A stretch of DNA of 64,000 bases from Centroscyllium fabricii (Eukaryota). The position numbers and the translations under genes were made by a program. Positions 46,500 through 62,299 of this stretch are shown here, piece after piece. The notes under the pieces were generated by a model, which was not told where the DNA came from, did not search any database, and saw nothing but the letters and a program-made list of their open reading frames with translations. Positions within the stretch are counted from its first letter, which is position 1. Each line of letters begins with the position of its first letter. The stretch is from NCBI GenBank assembly GCA_051313645.2, contig JBNRSN020000118.1, positions 1,116,001-1,180,000 on the forward strand, written 5' to 3'.

Positions 46500-48120
46500 C
46501 ACTGTACAGATGTTCACCATATTGTGGTGCACACTGTACAGATGTTCATCTTTTAGTGGGGCACACTCTACAGATGTTCATCATGTTGTGGTGCACACTG
46601 TACAGATGTACATCATGTTGTGGTGCACAGTGTACAGATGTTCATCATGTTGTGGTGCGCACTGTACAGATGTTCATCATGTCGTTGTGCACATTGTATA
46701 GATGTTCATCATGTTGTGGTGCACACTGTACAGACGTTCATCATGTTGTTGTGCACACTGTACAGATGTTCATCATGTTGTGGTGCACAATGTACAGATG
46801 TTCATCTTGTGGTGGTGCACACTGTACAGATGTTCATCATGTTGTGGTGCACACTGTACAGATGTTCAACATGTTGTGGTGCGCACTGTACAGATGTTCA
46901 TCATGTTGTGGTGCACACAGTACAGATTTTCATCATGTTGTTGTGCACAATGTACAGATGTTCATCTTGTTGTGGTGCTCACTGTACAGATGTTCATCAT
47001 GTTTTGGTGCACATTGTACAGATGTTCATCATGTTGTGGTGCACACTGTACAGATGTTCATCATGTTGTGGTGCACACTGTACATATGTTCATCATGTTG
47101 TGGTGCACACTGTACAGATGTTCATCTTGTTGTGGTGCACAATGTACAGATGTTCATCATGATGTGGTTCACACTGTACAGATGTTCATCATGTTGTGGT
47201 GCACACTGTACAGATGTTCATGATGTTGTGGTGCACACTGTACAGATGTTCATCATGTTGTGGTGCACACTGTAGAAATGTTCATCATGTTGTGGTGCAC
47301 ACTGTACAGATGTTCATCTTGTTGTGGTGCACACTGTACAGATGTTCACCATATTGTGTTGCACACTGTACAGATGTTCATCTTTTAGTGGGGCACACTC
47401 TACAGATGTTCATCATGTTGTGGTGCACACTGTACAGATGTACATCATGTTGTGGTGCACAGTGTACAGATGTTCATCATGTTGTGGTGCGCACTGTACA
47501 GATGTTCATCATGTCGTTGTGCACATTGTATAGATGTTCATCATGTTGTGGTGCACACTGTACAGACGTTCATCATGTTGTTGTGCACACTGTACAGATG
47601 TTCATCATGTTGTGGTGCACAATGTACAGATGTTCATCTTGTGGTGGTGCACACTGTACAGATGTTCATCATGTTGTGGTGCACACTGTACAGATGTTCA
47701 ACATGTTGTGGTGCGCACTGTACAGATGTTCATCATGTTGTGGTGCACACAGTACAGATTTTCATCATGTTGTTGTGCACAATGTACAGATGTTCATCTT
47801 GTTGTGGTGCTCACAGTACAGATGTTCATCATGTTTTGGTGCACATTGTACAGATGTTCATCATGTTGTGGTGCACACTGTACAGATGTTCATCATGTTG
47901 TGGTGCACACTGTACATATGTTCATCATGTTGTGGTGCACACTGTACAGATGTTCATCTTGTTGTGGTGCACAATGTACAGATGTTCATCATGATGTGGT
48001 TCACACTGTACAGATGTTCATCATGTTGTGGTGCACACTGTACAGATGTTCATGATGTTGTGGTGCACACTGTACAGATGTTCATCATGTTGTGGTGCAC
48101 ACTGTAGAAATGTTCATCTT
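46500..48120 (+). repeat. Tandem duplication, 832 bp (26 monomers)
   Basis: TTTTAGTGGGG at 46551/47383. ORF twins at 46620/47452 and 46702/47534. Confidence 0.9.
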
Positions 48121-51100
48121 ATTGTGTTGCACACTGTACAGATGTTCATCTTATTGTGGTGCACACTGTACAGATGTTCATCATGTTGTGGTGCACACTG
48201 TACAGATGTTCATCTTGTTGTGGTGCACACTGTACAGATGTTCATCTTGTTGTGGTGCACACTGTACAGATGTTCATCATATTGTGGTGCACACTGTACA
48301 GATGTGCATCTTGTTGTGGGGCACACTGTACAGATGTTCATCATGTTGTGGTGCACACTGTACAGATGTTCATCATGTTGTGGTGCACACTGTACAGATG
48401 TTCACCTTTTTTGGTGCACACTGTACAGATGCTCATCTTGTTGTGGTGCACACTGTACAGATGTTTATCATGTTGTGGTGCACACTGTACAGATGTTCAT
48501 CATGTTGTGGTGCACGCTGTACAGATGTTCACCTTCTTGTGGTGTGCACAGTACAGATGTTCATCATGTTGTGGTGCACACTGTACAGATGTTCCTCATG
48601 TTGTGGTGCACACTGTACAGATGTTCATCTTATTGTGGTGCACACTGTACATATGTTCATCTTGTTGTGGTGCACACTGTACAGATGTTCATCATGTTGT
48701 GGAGCACACTGTACAGATGTTCACCATGTTGTGGTGCACAATGTACAGACGTTCATCATGTTGTCGTGCACACTGTACAGATGTTCATCTTGTTCTGGTT
48801 CACATTGTACAGATTTTCACCATGTTGTGCTGCGCACTGTACAGATGTTCATCTTGTTGTGGTGCCCACTGTACAGATGTTCATCATGTTGTAGTGCACA
48901 CTGTGCAGATGTTCATCTTGTTGTGGTGCACACTGTACAGATGTTCAGCTTGTTGTGGTGCACATTGTACAGATGTTCATCATCTTGTGGTGCATACTGT
49001 ACGGATGTACATCTTGTTGTGGTGCACACTGTACAGATGTTCATCATGTTGTGGTGCACACTTTACAGATGTTCATCATGCTGTTGTGCACACTGTACAG
49101 ATGCTCATCTTGTTGTGGTGCAAACTGTACAGATGATCATCATGTTGTGCTACACACTGTACAGATGTTCATCATGTTTTGGTGCTCACTGTACAGATGT
49201 TCATCTTGTTGTGGTGCACACTGTACAGATGTTCATCATGTTGTGGTGCACACTGTACAGTTGTTCATCATGTTGTGGTGCACACTGTACAAATGTTCAT
49301 CTTATTGTGTTGCACACTGTACAGATGTTCATCTTGTTGTGGTGCACACTGTACAGATGTTCATCATGTTGTGGTGCACACTGTACAGATGTTCACCTTG
49401 TTGTGGTGCACACTGTACAGATGTTCATCTTGTTGTGGTGCACACTGTACAGATGTTCATCATATTGTGGTGCACACTGTACAGATGTACATATTGTTGT
49501 GGGGCACACTGTACATATGTTCATTATGTTGTGGTGCACACTGTACAGATGTTCATCATGTTGTGGTGCACACTGTACAGATGTTCACCTTTTTTGGTGC
49601 ACACTGTACAGATGCTCATCTTGTTGTGGTGCAAACTGTACAGATGTTCATCATGTTGTGGTACACACTGTACAGATGTTCATCATGTTGTGGTGCACAC
49701 TGTACAGATGTTCATCATGTCGTTGTGCACATTGTATAGATGTTCATCATGTTGTGGTGCACACTGTACAGACGTTCATCATGTTGTTGTGCACACTGTA
49801 CAGATGTTCATCATGTTGTGGTGCACAATGTACAGATGTTCATCTTGTGGTGGTGCACACTGTACAGATGTTCATCATGTTGTGGTGCACACTGTACAGA
49901 TGTTCAACATGTTGTGGTGCGCACTGTACAGATGTTCATCATGTTGTGGTGCACACAGTACAGATTTTCATCATGTTGTTGTGCACAATGTACAGATGTT
50001 CATCTTGTTGTGGTGCTCACTGTACAGATGTTCATCATGTTTTGGTGCACATTGTACAGATGTTCATCATGTTGTGGTGCACACTGTACAGATGTTCATC
50101 ATGTTGTGGTGCACACTGTACATATGTTCATCATGTTGTGGTGCACACTGTACAGATGTTCATCTTGTTGTGGTGCACAATGTACAGATGTTCATCATGA
50201 TGTGGTTCACACTGTACAGATGTTCATCATGTTGTGGTGCACACTGTACAGATGTTCATGATGTTGTGGTGCACACTGTACAGATGTTCATCATGTTGTG
50301 GTGCACACTGTAGAAATGTTCATCATGTTGTGGTGCACACTGTACAGATGTTCATCTTGTTGTGGTGCACACTGTACAGATGTTCACCATATTGTGTTGC
50401 ACACTGTACAGATGTTCATCTTTTAGTGGGGCACACTCTACAGATGTTCATCATGTTGTGGTGCACACTGTACAGATGTACATCATGTTGTGGTGCACAG
50501 TGTACAGATGTTCATCATGTTGTGGTGCGCACTGTACAGATGTTCATCATGTCGTTGTGCACATTGTATAGATGTTCATCATGTTGTGGTGCACACTGTA
50601 CAGACGTTCATCATGTTGTTGTGCACACTGTACAGATGTTCATCATGTTGTGGTGCACAATGTACAGATGTTCATCTTGTGGTGGTGCACACTGTACAGA
50701 TGTTCATCATGTTGTGGTGCACACTGTACAGATGTTCAACATGTTGTGGTGCGCACTGTACAGATGTTCATCATGTTGTGGTGCACACAGTACAGATTTT
50801 CATCATGTTGTTGTGCACAATGTACAGATGTTCATCTTGTTGTGGTGCTCACAGTACAGATGTTCATCATGTTTTGGTGCACATTGTACAGATGTTCATC
50901 ATGTTGTGGTGCACACTGTACAGATGTTCATCATGTTGTGGTGCACACTGTACATATGTTCATCATGTTGTGGTGCACACTGTACAGATGTTCATCTTGT
51001 TGTGGTGCACAATGTACAGATGTTCATCATGATGTGGTTCACACTGTACAGATGTTCATCATGTTGTGGTGCACACTGTACAGATGTTCATGATGTTGTG

Positions 51101-52750
51101 GTGCACACTGTACAGATGTTCATCATGTTGTGGTGCACACTGTAGAAATGTTCATCTTATTGTGTTGCACACTGTACAGATGTTCATCTTATTGTGGTGC
51201 ACACTGTACAGATGTTCATCATGTTGTGGTGCACACTGTACAGATGTTCATCTTGTTGTGGTGCACACTGTACAGATGTTCATCTTGTTGTGGTGCACAC
51301 TGTACAGATGTTCATCATATTGTGGTGCACACTGTACAGATGTGCATCTTGTTGTGGGGCACACTGTACAGATGTTCATCATGTTGTGGTGCACACTGTA
51401 CAGATGTTCATCATGTTGTGGTGCACACTGTACAGATGTTCACCTTTTTTGGTGCACACTGTACAGATGCTCATCTTGTTGTGGTGCACACTGTACAGAT
51501 GTTTATCATGTTGTGGTGCACACTGTACAGATGTTCATCATGTTGTGGTGCACGCTGTACAGATGTTCACCTTCTTGTGGTGTGCACAGTACAGATGTTC
51601 ATCATGTTGTGGTGCACACTGTACAGATGTTCCTCATGTTGTGGTGCACACTGTACAGATGTTCATCTTATTGTGGTGCACACTGTACATATGTTCATCT
51701 TGTTGTGGTGCACACTGTACAGATGTTCATCATGTTGTGGAGCACACTGTACAGATGTTCACCATGTTGTGGTGCACAATGTACAGACGTTCATCATGTT
51801 GTCGTGCACACTGTACAGATGTTCATCTTGTTCTGGTTCACATTGTACAGATTTTCACCATGTTGTGCTGCGCACTGTACAGATGTTCATCTTGTTGTGG
51901 TGCCCACTGTACAGATGTTCATCATGTTGTAGTGCACACTGTGCAGATGTTCATCTTGTTGTGGTGCACACTGTACAGATGTTCAGCTTGTTGTGGTGCA
52001 CATTGTACAGATGTTCATCATCTTGTGGTGCATACTGTACGGATGTACATCTTGTTGTGGTGCACACTGTACAGATGTTCATCATGTTGTGGTGCACACT
52101 TTACAGATGTTCATCATGCTGTTGTGCACACTGTACAGATGCTCATCTTGTTGTGGTGCAAACTGTACAGATGATCATCATGTTGTGCTACACACTGTAC
52201 AGATGTTCATCATGTTTTGGTGCTCACTGTACAGATGTTCATCTTGTTGTGGTGCACACTGTACAGATGTTCATCATGTTGTGGTGCACACTGTACAGTT
52301 GTTCATCATGTTGTGGTGCACACTGTACAAATGTTCATCTTATTGTGTTGCACACTGTACAGATGTTCATCTTGTTGTGGTGCACACTGTACAGATGTTC
52401 ATCATGTTGTGGTGCACACTGTACAGATGTTCACCTTGTTGTGGTGCACACTGTACAGATGTTCATCTTGTTGTGGTGCACACTGTACAGATGTTCATCA
52501 TATTGTGGTGCACACTGTACAGATGTACATATTGTTGTGGGGCACACTGTACATATGTTCATTATGTTGTGGTGCACACTGTACAGATGTTCATCATGTT
52601 GTGGTGCACACTGTACAGATGTTCACCTTTTTTGGTGCACACTGTACAGATGCTCATCTTGTTGTGGTGCAAACTGTACAGATGTTCATCATGTTGTGGT
52701 ACACACTGTACAGATGTTCATCATGTTGTGGTGCACACTGTACAGATGTT
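46680..52750 (+). repeat. Tandem duplication, 3038 bp (95 monomers), re-copying most of the 832-bp duplication
   Basis: Markers at 46681/49719, 48403/51441 and 49586/52624. ORF twins at 47196/50234, 48028/51066 and 49179/52217. Confidence 0.92.
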
Positions 52751-54460
52751 CATCTTGTTGTGGTGCACACTGTACAGATGTTCATCTTGTTGTGGTGCAC
52801 ACTGTACAGATGTTCATCAAGCTGTGGTGCACACTTTACAGATGTTCATCATGTTGTGGTGCACACTGTACAGATGTTCATCATGTTGTGGTGCACGCTG
52901 TACAGATGTTCACCTTCTTGTGGTGTGCACAGTACAGATGTTCATCATGTTGTGGTGCACACTGTACAGATGTTCATCTTGTTGTGCTGCACACTGTACA
53001 GATGTTCATCATCTTGTGGTGCACACTGTACAGATGTTCATCTTGTTGTGGTGCACACTGTACAGATGTTCGACATGTTGTGGTGCACACTGTAGAGATG
53101 TTCAACATGTTGTGGTGCACACTGTACAGATGTTCATCATGTTGTGGTGCACACTGTACAGATGTTCATCATGTTGTGGTGCACAATGTACAGATGTTCA
53201 TCTTGTTGCGGTGCACACTGTACAGATGTTCATCATGTTGTGGTGCACATTGTACAGATGTTCATCATGTTGTGGTGCACACTGTACAGATGTTCATCAT
53301 GTTGTGGTGCACACTGTACAGATGTTCATCATGTTGTGGTGCACACTGTACAGATGTTCATCTTGTTGTGGTGAACAATGTACAGCTGTTCATCATGTTG
53401 TGGTGCACACTGTACAGATGTTCATCATGTTGTGGTGCACACTTTACAGATGTTCATCATGTTGTGGTGCACACTGTACAGATGTTCATCATGTTGTGGT
53501 GCACACTGTACAAATGTTCATCTTATTGCGTTGCACACTGTATAGATGTTCATCTTGTTGTGGTGCACACTGTACAGATGTTCATCATGTTGTGGTGCAC
53601 ACTGTTCAGATGTTCATCTTGTTGTGGTGCACACTTTACAGATTTTCATCATGTTGTGGAGCACAATGTACAGATGTTCATCATGTTGTTGTGCACAATT
53701 TAGAGATGTTCATCATGTTGTGGTGCACACTGTACAGATGTTCATCTTGTTGTGGTGCACACTGTACAGATGTTCATCTAGTTGTGTTGCACACTGTACA
53801 GATGTTCATCTTGTTGTGGTGCACACTGTACAGATGTTCATCATATTGTGGTGCACACTGTACAGATGTTCATCTTGTTGTGGGGCACACTGTACAGATG
53901 TTCATTATGTTGTGGTGCACACTGCACAGATGTTCATCATGTTGTGGTGCACACTCTACAGATGTTCACCTTTTTTGGTGCACACTGTACAGATGCTCAT
54001 CTTGTTGTGGTGCAAACTGTACAGATGTTCATCATGTTGTGGTACACACTGTACAGATGTTCATCATGTTGTGGTGCACACTGTACAGATGTTCATCTTG
54101 TTGTGGTGCACACTGTACAGATGTTCATCTTGTTGTGGTGCACACTGTAAAGATGTTCATCATGTTGTGGTGCACACTGTACAGATGTTCATCATGTTGT
54201 GGTGCACACTGTACACATGTTCATCATGTTGTGGTGCACGCTGTACAGATGTTCACCTTCTTGTGGTGTGCACAGTACAGATGTTCATCATGTTGTGGTG
54301 CACACTGTACAGATGTTCATCTTGTTGTGGTGCACACTGTACAGATGTTCATCATATTGTGGTGCACACTGTACAGATGTTCATCGTGTTGTGGTGCACA
54401 CTGTACAGATGTTCGACATGTTGTGGTGCACACTGTAGAGATGTTCAACATGTTGTGGTG
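52500..54460 (+). repeat. Imperfect duplication at offset 1343 bp (42 monomers)
   Basis: CACCTTTTTTGG at 52624/53967, followed by the same ordered variants (GCACGCT, CCTTCTTGTGGTGTGC, TTCGAC, GTAGAG). Confidence 0.7.
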
Positions 54461-57400
54461 CACAATGTACAGATGTTCATCATGTTGTGGTGCACATTGT
54501 ACAGATGTTCATCATGTTGTGGTGCACATTGTACAGATGTTCAACATGTTGTGGTGCACACTGTACAGATGTTCATCATGTTGTGGTGCACACTGTACAG
54601 ATGTTCATCATGTTGTGGTGCACAATGTACAGATGTTCATCTTGTTGTGGTGCACACTGTACATATGTTGATCATGTTGTGGTGCACATTGTACAGATGT
54701 TCATCATGTTGTGGTGCACACTGTACAGATGTTCATCTTGTTGTGGAGCACAATGTACAGATGTTCATCATGTTGTGGTGCACACTGTACAGATGTTCAT
54801 CATGTTGTGGTGCACACTTTACAGATGTTCATCATGTTGTGGTGCACACTGTACAGATGTTCATCATGTTGTGGTGCACACTGTACAAATGCTCATCTTA
54901 TTGTGTTGCACACTGTACAGATGTTCATCTTGTTGTGGTGCACACTGTACAGATGTTCATCATGTTGTGCTGCACACTGTTCAGATGATCATCTTGTTGT
55001 GGTGCACACTTTACGGATGTTCATCATGTTGTGGAGCACAATGTACAGATGTTCATCATGTTGTTGTGCACAATTTAGAGATGTTCATCATGTTGTGGTG
55101 CACACTGTACAGATGTTCATCTTGTTGTGGTGCACACTGTACAGATGTTCATCTTTTTGTGTTGCACACTGTACAGATGTTCATCTTGTTGTGCTGCACA
55201 CTGTACAGATGTTCATCATGTTGTGGTGCACTTTTTACAGATGTTCATCTTGTTGTGGTGCACATTGTAGAGATGGTCACCATGTTGGGGTGCACACTGT
55301 ACAGATGTTCATCTTGTTGTGGTGCACACTGTACAGATGTTCATCATGTTGTAGTGCACACTGTGCAGATGTTCATCTTGTTGTGGTGCACACTGTACAG
55401 ATGTTCATCTTGTTGTGGTGCACATTGTACAGATGTTCATCTTATTGTGGTGCATACTGTACAGATGTACATCTTGTTGTGGTGCACACTGTACAGATGT
55501 TCATCATGTTGTGGTGCACACTTTACAGATGTTCATCCTGCTGTTGTGCACACTGTACAGATGCTCATCTTGTTGTGGTGCAAACTGTACAGATGTTCAT
55601 CATGTTGTGGTACACAGTGCACAGATGTTCATCATGTTGTGGAGCACACTGTACAGATGTTCATCTTGTTGTGGTGCACACTGTACAGATGTTCATCATG
55701 TTGTGGTGCACACTGTACAGATGTTCATCATGTTGTGGTGCACACTGTACAAATGTTCATCTTATTGTGTTGAACACTGTACAGATGTTCATCTTGTTGT
55801 GGTGCACACTGTACAGATGTTCACCATGTTGTGGTGCACAATGTACAGATGTTCATCTTGTTGTGGTGCACACTGTACAGATGTTCATCTTGTTGTGGTG
55901 CACACTGTACAGATGTTCACCATATTGTGGTGCACACTGTACAGATGTTCATCGTGTTGTGGTGCACACTGTACAGATGTTCGACATGTTGTGGTGCACA
56001 CTGTAGAGATGTTCAACATGTTGTGGTGCACAATGTACAGATGTTCATCATTTTGTGGTGCACACTGTACAGATGTTCATCATGTTGTGGTGCACATTGT
56101 ACAGATGTTCATCATGTTGCGGTGCACACTGTACAGATGTTCATCATGTTGTGGTGCACACTGTACAGATGTTCATCATGTTGTGGTGCACAATGTACAG
56201 ATGTTCATCTTGTTGTGGTGCACCCTGTACAGATGTTCATCATGTTGTGGTGCACACTGTACAGATGTTCATCATGTTGTGGTGCACACTGTACAGATGT
56301 TCAACATGTTGTGGTGCACACTGTACAGATGTTCATCATGTTGTGGTGCACACTGTACAGATGTTCATCATGTTGTGGTGCACAATGTACAGATGTTCAT
56401 GTTGTTGTGGTGCACACTGTACATATGTTGATCATGTTGTGGTGCACATTATACAGATGTTCATCATGTTGTGGTGCACACTGTACAGATGTTCATCTTG
56501 TTGTGGAGCACAATGTACAGATGTTCATCATGTTGTGGTGCACACTGTACAGATGTTCATCATGTTGTGGTGCACACTTTACAGATGTTCATCATGTTGT
56601 GGTGCACACTGTACAGATGTTCATCATGTTGTGGTGCACACTGTACAAATGCTCATCTTATTGTGTTGCACACTGTACAGATGTTCATCTTGTTGTGGTG
56701 CACACTGTACAGATGTTCATCATGTTGTGCTGCACACTGTTCAGATGATCATCTTGTTGTGGTGCACACTTTACGGATGTTCATCATGTTGTGGAGCACA
56801 ATGTACAGATGTTCATCATGTTGTTGTGCACAATTTAGAGATGTTCATCATGTTGTGGTGCACACTGTACAGATGTTCATCTTGTTGTGGTGCACACTGT
56901 ACAGATGTTCATCTTTTTGTGTTGCACACTGTACAGATGTTCATCTTGTTGTGCTGCACACTGTACAGATGTTCATCATGTTGTGGTGCACTTTTTACAG
57001 ATGTTCATCTTGTTGTGGTGCACATTGTAGAGATGGTCACCATGTTGGGGTGCACACTGTACAGATGTTCATCTTGTTGTGGTGCACACTGTACAGATGT
57101 TCATCATGTTGTAGTGCACACTGTGCAGATGTTCATCTTGTTGTGGTGCACACTGTACAGATGTTCATCTTGTTGTGGTGCATCTTGTACAGATGTTCAT
57201 CATGTTGTGGTGCATACTGTACAGATGTACATCTTGTTGTGGTGCACACTGTACAGATGTTCATCATGTTGTGGTGCACACTTTACAGATGTTCATCCTG
57301 CTGTTGTGCACACTGTACAGATGCTCATCTTGTTGTGGTGCAAACTGTACAGATGTTCATCATGTTGTGGTACACAGTGCACAGATGTTCATCATGTTGT

Positions 57401-57690
57401 GGAGCACACTGTACAGATGTTCATCTTGTTGTGGTGCACACTGTACAGATGTTCATCATGTTGTGGTGCACACTGTACAGATGTTCATCATGTTGTGGTG
57501 CACACTGTACAAATGTTCATCTTATTGTGTTGAACACTGTACAGATGTTCATCTTGTTGTGGTGCACACTGTACAGATGTTCATCATGTTGTGGTGCACA
57601 ATGTACAGATGTTCATCTTGTTGTGGTGCACACTGTACAGATGTTCATCTTGTTGTGGTGCACACTGTACAGATGTTCACCATATTGTGG
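54340..57690 (+). repeat. Tandem duplication, 1568-1760 bp (49-55 monomers)
   Basis: ATCGTG at 54383/55951 (offset 1568). ACATATGTTGATC at 54661/56421 (offset 1760). ORF twins at 54711/56471 and 55415/57175. Confidence 0.85.
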
Positions 57691-59580
57691 TGCACACTGT
57701 ACAGATGTTCATCTTTTAGTGGGGCACACTCTACAGATGTTCATCATGTTGTGGTGCACACTGTACAGATGTACATCATGTTGTGGTGCACAGTGTACAG
57801 ATGTTCATCATGTTGTGGTGCGCACTGTACAGATGTTCATCATGTCGTGGTGCACATTGTATAGATGTTCATCATGTTGTGGTGCACACTGTACAGACGT
57901 TCATCATGTTGTTGTGCACACTGTACAGATGTTCATCATGTTGTGGTGCACAATGTACAGATGTTCATCTTGTGGTGGTGCACACTGTACAGATGTTCAT
58001 CATGTTGTGGTGCACACTGTACAGATGTTCAACATGTTGTGGTGCGCACTGTACAGATGTTCATCATGTTGTGGTGCACACAGTACAGATTTTCATCATG
58101 TTGTTGCGCACAATGTACAGATGTTCATCTTGTTGTGGTGCTCACTGTACAGATGTTCATCATGTTGTGGTGCACATTGTACAGATGTTCATCATGTTGT
58201 GGTGCACACTGTACAGATGTTCATCATGTTGTGGTGCACACTGTACATAAGTTCATCATGTTGTGGTGCACACTGTACAGATGTTCATCTTGTTGTGGTG
58301 CACAATGTACAGATGTTCATCATGATGTGGTGCACACTGTACAGATGTTCATCATGTTGTGGTGCACACTGTACAGATGTTCATGATGTTGTGGTGCACA
58401 CTGTACAGATGTTCATCATGTTGTGGTGCACACTGTAGAAATGTTCACCTTATTGTGTTGCACACTGTACAGATGTTCATCTTATTGTGGTGCACACTGT
58501 ACAGATGTTCATCATGTTGTGGTGCACACTGTACAGATGTTCATCTTGTTGTGGTGCACACTGTACAGATGTTCATCTTGTTGTGGTGCACACTGTACAG
58601 ATGTTCATCATATTGTGGTGCACACTGTACAGATGTGCATCTTGTTGTGGGGCACACTGTACAGATGTTCATCATGTTGTGGTGCACACTGTACGGATGT
58701 TCATCATGTTGTGGTGCACACTGTACAGATGTTCACCTTTTTTGGTGCACACTGTACAGATGCTCATCTTGTTGTGGTGCACACTGTACAGATGTTTATC
58801 ATGTTGTGGTGCACACTGTACAGATGTTCATCATGTTGTGGTGCACGCTGTACAGATGTTCACCTTCTTGTGGTGTGCACAGTACAGATGTTCATCATGT
58901 TGTGGTGCACACTGTACAGATGTTCCTCATGTTGTGGTGCACACTGTACAGATGTTCATCTTATTGTGGTGCACACTGTACATATGTTCATCTTGTTGTG
59001 GTGCACACTGTACAGATGTTCATCATGTTGTGGAGCACACTGTACAGATGTTCACCATGTTGTGGTGCACAATGTACAGACGTTCATCATGTTGTGGTGC
59101 ACACTGTACAGATATTCATCTTGTTCTGGTTCACATTGTACAGATTTTCACCATGTTGTGCTGCGCACTGTACAGATGTTCATCTTGTTGTGGTGCCCAC
59201 TGTACAGATGTTCATCATGTTGTAGTGCACACTGTGCAGATGTTCATCTTGTTGTGGTGCACACTGTACAGATGTTCATCTTGTTGTGGTGCACATTGTA
59301 CAGATGTTCATCATCTTGTGGTGCATACTGTACAGATGTACATCTTGTTGTGGTGCACACTGTACAGATGTTCATCATGTTGTGGTGCACACTTTACAGA
59401 TGTTCATCATGCTGTTGTGCACACTGTACAGATGCTCATCTTGTTGTGGTGCAAACTGTACAGATGATCATCATGTTGTGCTACACACTGTACAGATGTT
59501 CATCATGTTTTGTTGCTCACTGTACAGATGTTCATCTTGTTGTGGTGCACACTGTACAGATGTTCATCATGTTGTGGTGC
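56420..59580 (+). repeat. Dispersed paralog of about 45260-49250 that lacks the 832-bp duplication
   Basis: ORF twins at 45308/56471 (offset 11163), then 48028/58359 (offset 10331, which equals 11163-832). Confidence 0.85.
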
Positions 59581-62299
59581 ACACTGTACAGATGTTCATC
59601 ATGTTGTAGTGCACACTGTGCAGATGTTCATCTTGTTGTGGTGCACACTGTACAGATGTTCATCTTGTTGTGGTGCACATTGCACAGATGTTCATCATGT
59701 TGTGGTGCATACTGTACAGATGTACATCTTATTGTGGTGCACACTGTACAGATGTTCATCATGTTGTGGTGCACACTTTACAGATGTTCATCATGCTGTT
59801 GTGCACACTGTACAGATGCTCATCTTGTTGTGGTGCACACTGTACAGATGTTCATCATGTTGAGGTGCACACTGTACAGATGTTCATCATGTTGTGGTAC
59901 ACACTGTACAGATGTTCATCATGTTGTGGAGCACACTGTACAGATGTTCATCTTGTTGTGGTGCACACTGTACAGATGTTCATCATGTTGTGGTGCACAC
60001 TGTACAGATGTTCATCAAGTTGTGGTGCACACTGTACAAATGTTCATCTTATTGTGTTGAACACTGTACAGATGTTCATCTTGTTGTGGTGCACACTGTA
60101 CAGATGTTCATAATGTTGTGGTGCACAATGTACAGATGTTCATCTTGTTGTGGTGCACACTGTACAGATGTCCATCTTGTTGTGGTGCACATTGTACAGA
60201 TGTTCATCATATTGTGGTGCACACTGTACAGATGTTCATCTTGTTGTGGGGCACACTGTACAGATGTTCATCATGTTGTGGTGCACACTGTACAGATGTT
60301 CATCATGTTGTGGTGCACACTGTACAGATGTTCATCATGTTGTGGTGCACACTGTACAGATGTTCATCATGTTGTGGTGCACATTGTATAGATGTTCATC
60401 ATGTTGTGGTGCACACTGTACAGACGTTCATCATGTTGTTGTGCACACTGTACAGATGTTCATCATGTTGTGGTGCACAATGTACAGATGTTCATCTTGT
60501 TGTTGTGCACACTGTACAGATGTTCATCATGTTGTGGTGCACACTGTACAGATGTTCATCATGTGGTGGTGCACACTGTACAGATGTTCATCTTGTTGTG
60601 GTGCACACTGTACAGATGTTCATCATGTTGTGGTGCACACTGTACAGATGTTCATCATGTTGTGGTGCACACTGTACAGATTTTCATGATGTTGTGGTGC
60701 ACACTGTACAGATGTTCATCATGTTGTGGTGCACACTGTACAAATGTTCATCTTATTGTGTTGCACACAGTACAGATGTTCATCTTGTTGTGGTGCACAC
60801 TGTACAGATGTTCATCATGTTGTGGTGCACACTGTACAGATGTTCATCTTGTTGTGGTGCACACTGTACAGATGTCCATCTTGTTGTGGTCCTCACTGAA
60901 CAGATGTTCATCATATTGTGGGGCACACTGTACAGATGTTCATCTTGTTGTGGGGCACACTGTACAGATGTTCATCATGTTGTGGTGCACACTGTACAGA
61001 TGTTCATCATGTTGTGGTGCACACTGTACAGATGTTCACCTTTTTTGGTGCACACTGTACAGATGCTCATCTTGTTGTGATGCAAAATGTGCAGATGTTC
61101 ATCATGTTGTGGTACACACTGTACAGATGTTCATCATGTTGTGGTGCACAATGTACAGATGTTCATCTTGTTGAGGTGCACACTGTACAGATGTTCATCT
61201 TGTTGTGGTGCACACTGTACAGATGTTCATCATGTTGTGGTGCACACTGTACAGATGTTCATCATGTTGTGTTGCACACTGTACAGATGTTCATCATGTT
61301 GTGGTGCACGCTGTACAGATGTTCACCTTCTTGTGGTGTGCACAGTACAGATGAACTTCATGTTGTGGTGCACACTGTACAGATGTTCATCATGTTGTGG
61401 TGCACACTGTACAGATGTTCATCTTATTGTGGTGCACACTGTACATATGTTCATCTTGTTGTGGTGCACACTGTACAGATGTTCATCTTGTTGTGGAGCA
61501 CACTGTACAGATGTTCACCATGTTGTGGTGCACAATGTACAGACGTTCATCATGTTGTGGTGCACACTGTACAGATGTTCATCTTGTTGTGGTGCGCACT
61601 GTACAGATGTTCATCTTGTTGTGTTGCACACTGTACAGATGTTCATCTTATTGTGGTGCACACTGTACAGATGTTCATCATGTTGTGGTGCACATTGTAC
61701 AGATGTTCATCTTGTTGTGTTTCACATTGTACAGATGTTCACCATGTTGTGGTGCGCACTGTACAGATGTTCATCTTGTTGTGGTGCACGCTGTACAGAT
61801 GTTCATCATGTTGTAGTGCACACTGTGCAGATGTTCATCTTGTTGTGGTGCACACTGTACAGATGTTCATCTTGTTGTGGTGCACATTGTACAGATGTTC
61901 ATCATGTTGTGGTGCTTACTGTACAGATGTGCATCTTGTTGTGGTGCACACTGTACCGATGTTCATCATGTTGTGGTGCACACTTTACAGATGTTCATCA
62001 TGCTGTTGTGCACACTGTACAGATGCTCATCTTGTTGTGGTGCAAACTGTACAGATGTTCATCATGTTGTGGTACACACTGTACAGATGTTCATCATGTT
62101 GTGGTGCACACTGTACAGATGTTCATCTTGTTGTGGTGCACACTGTACAGACGTTCATCATGTTGTGGTGCACACTGTACAGATGTTCAACATGTTGTGG
62201 TGCACACTGTACAGATGTTCATCATGTTGTGGTGCACACTGTACAGATGTTCATCATGTTGTGGTGCACAATGTACAGATGTTCATCTTGTTGTGGTGC

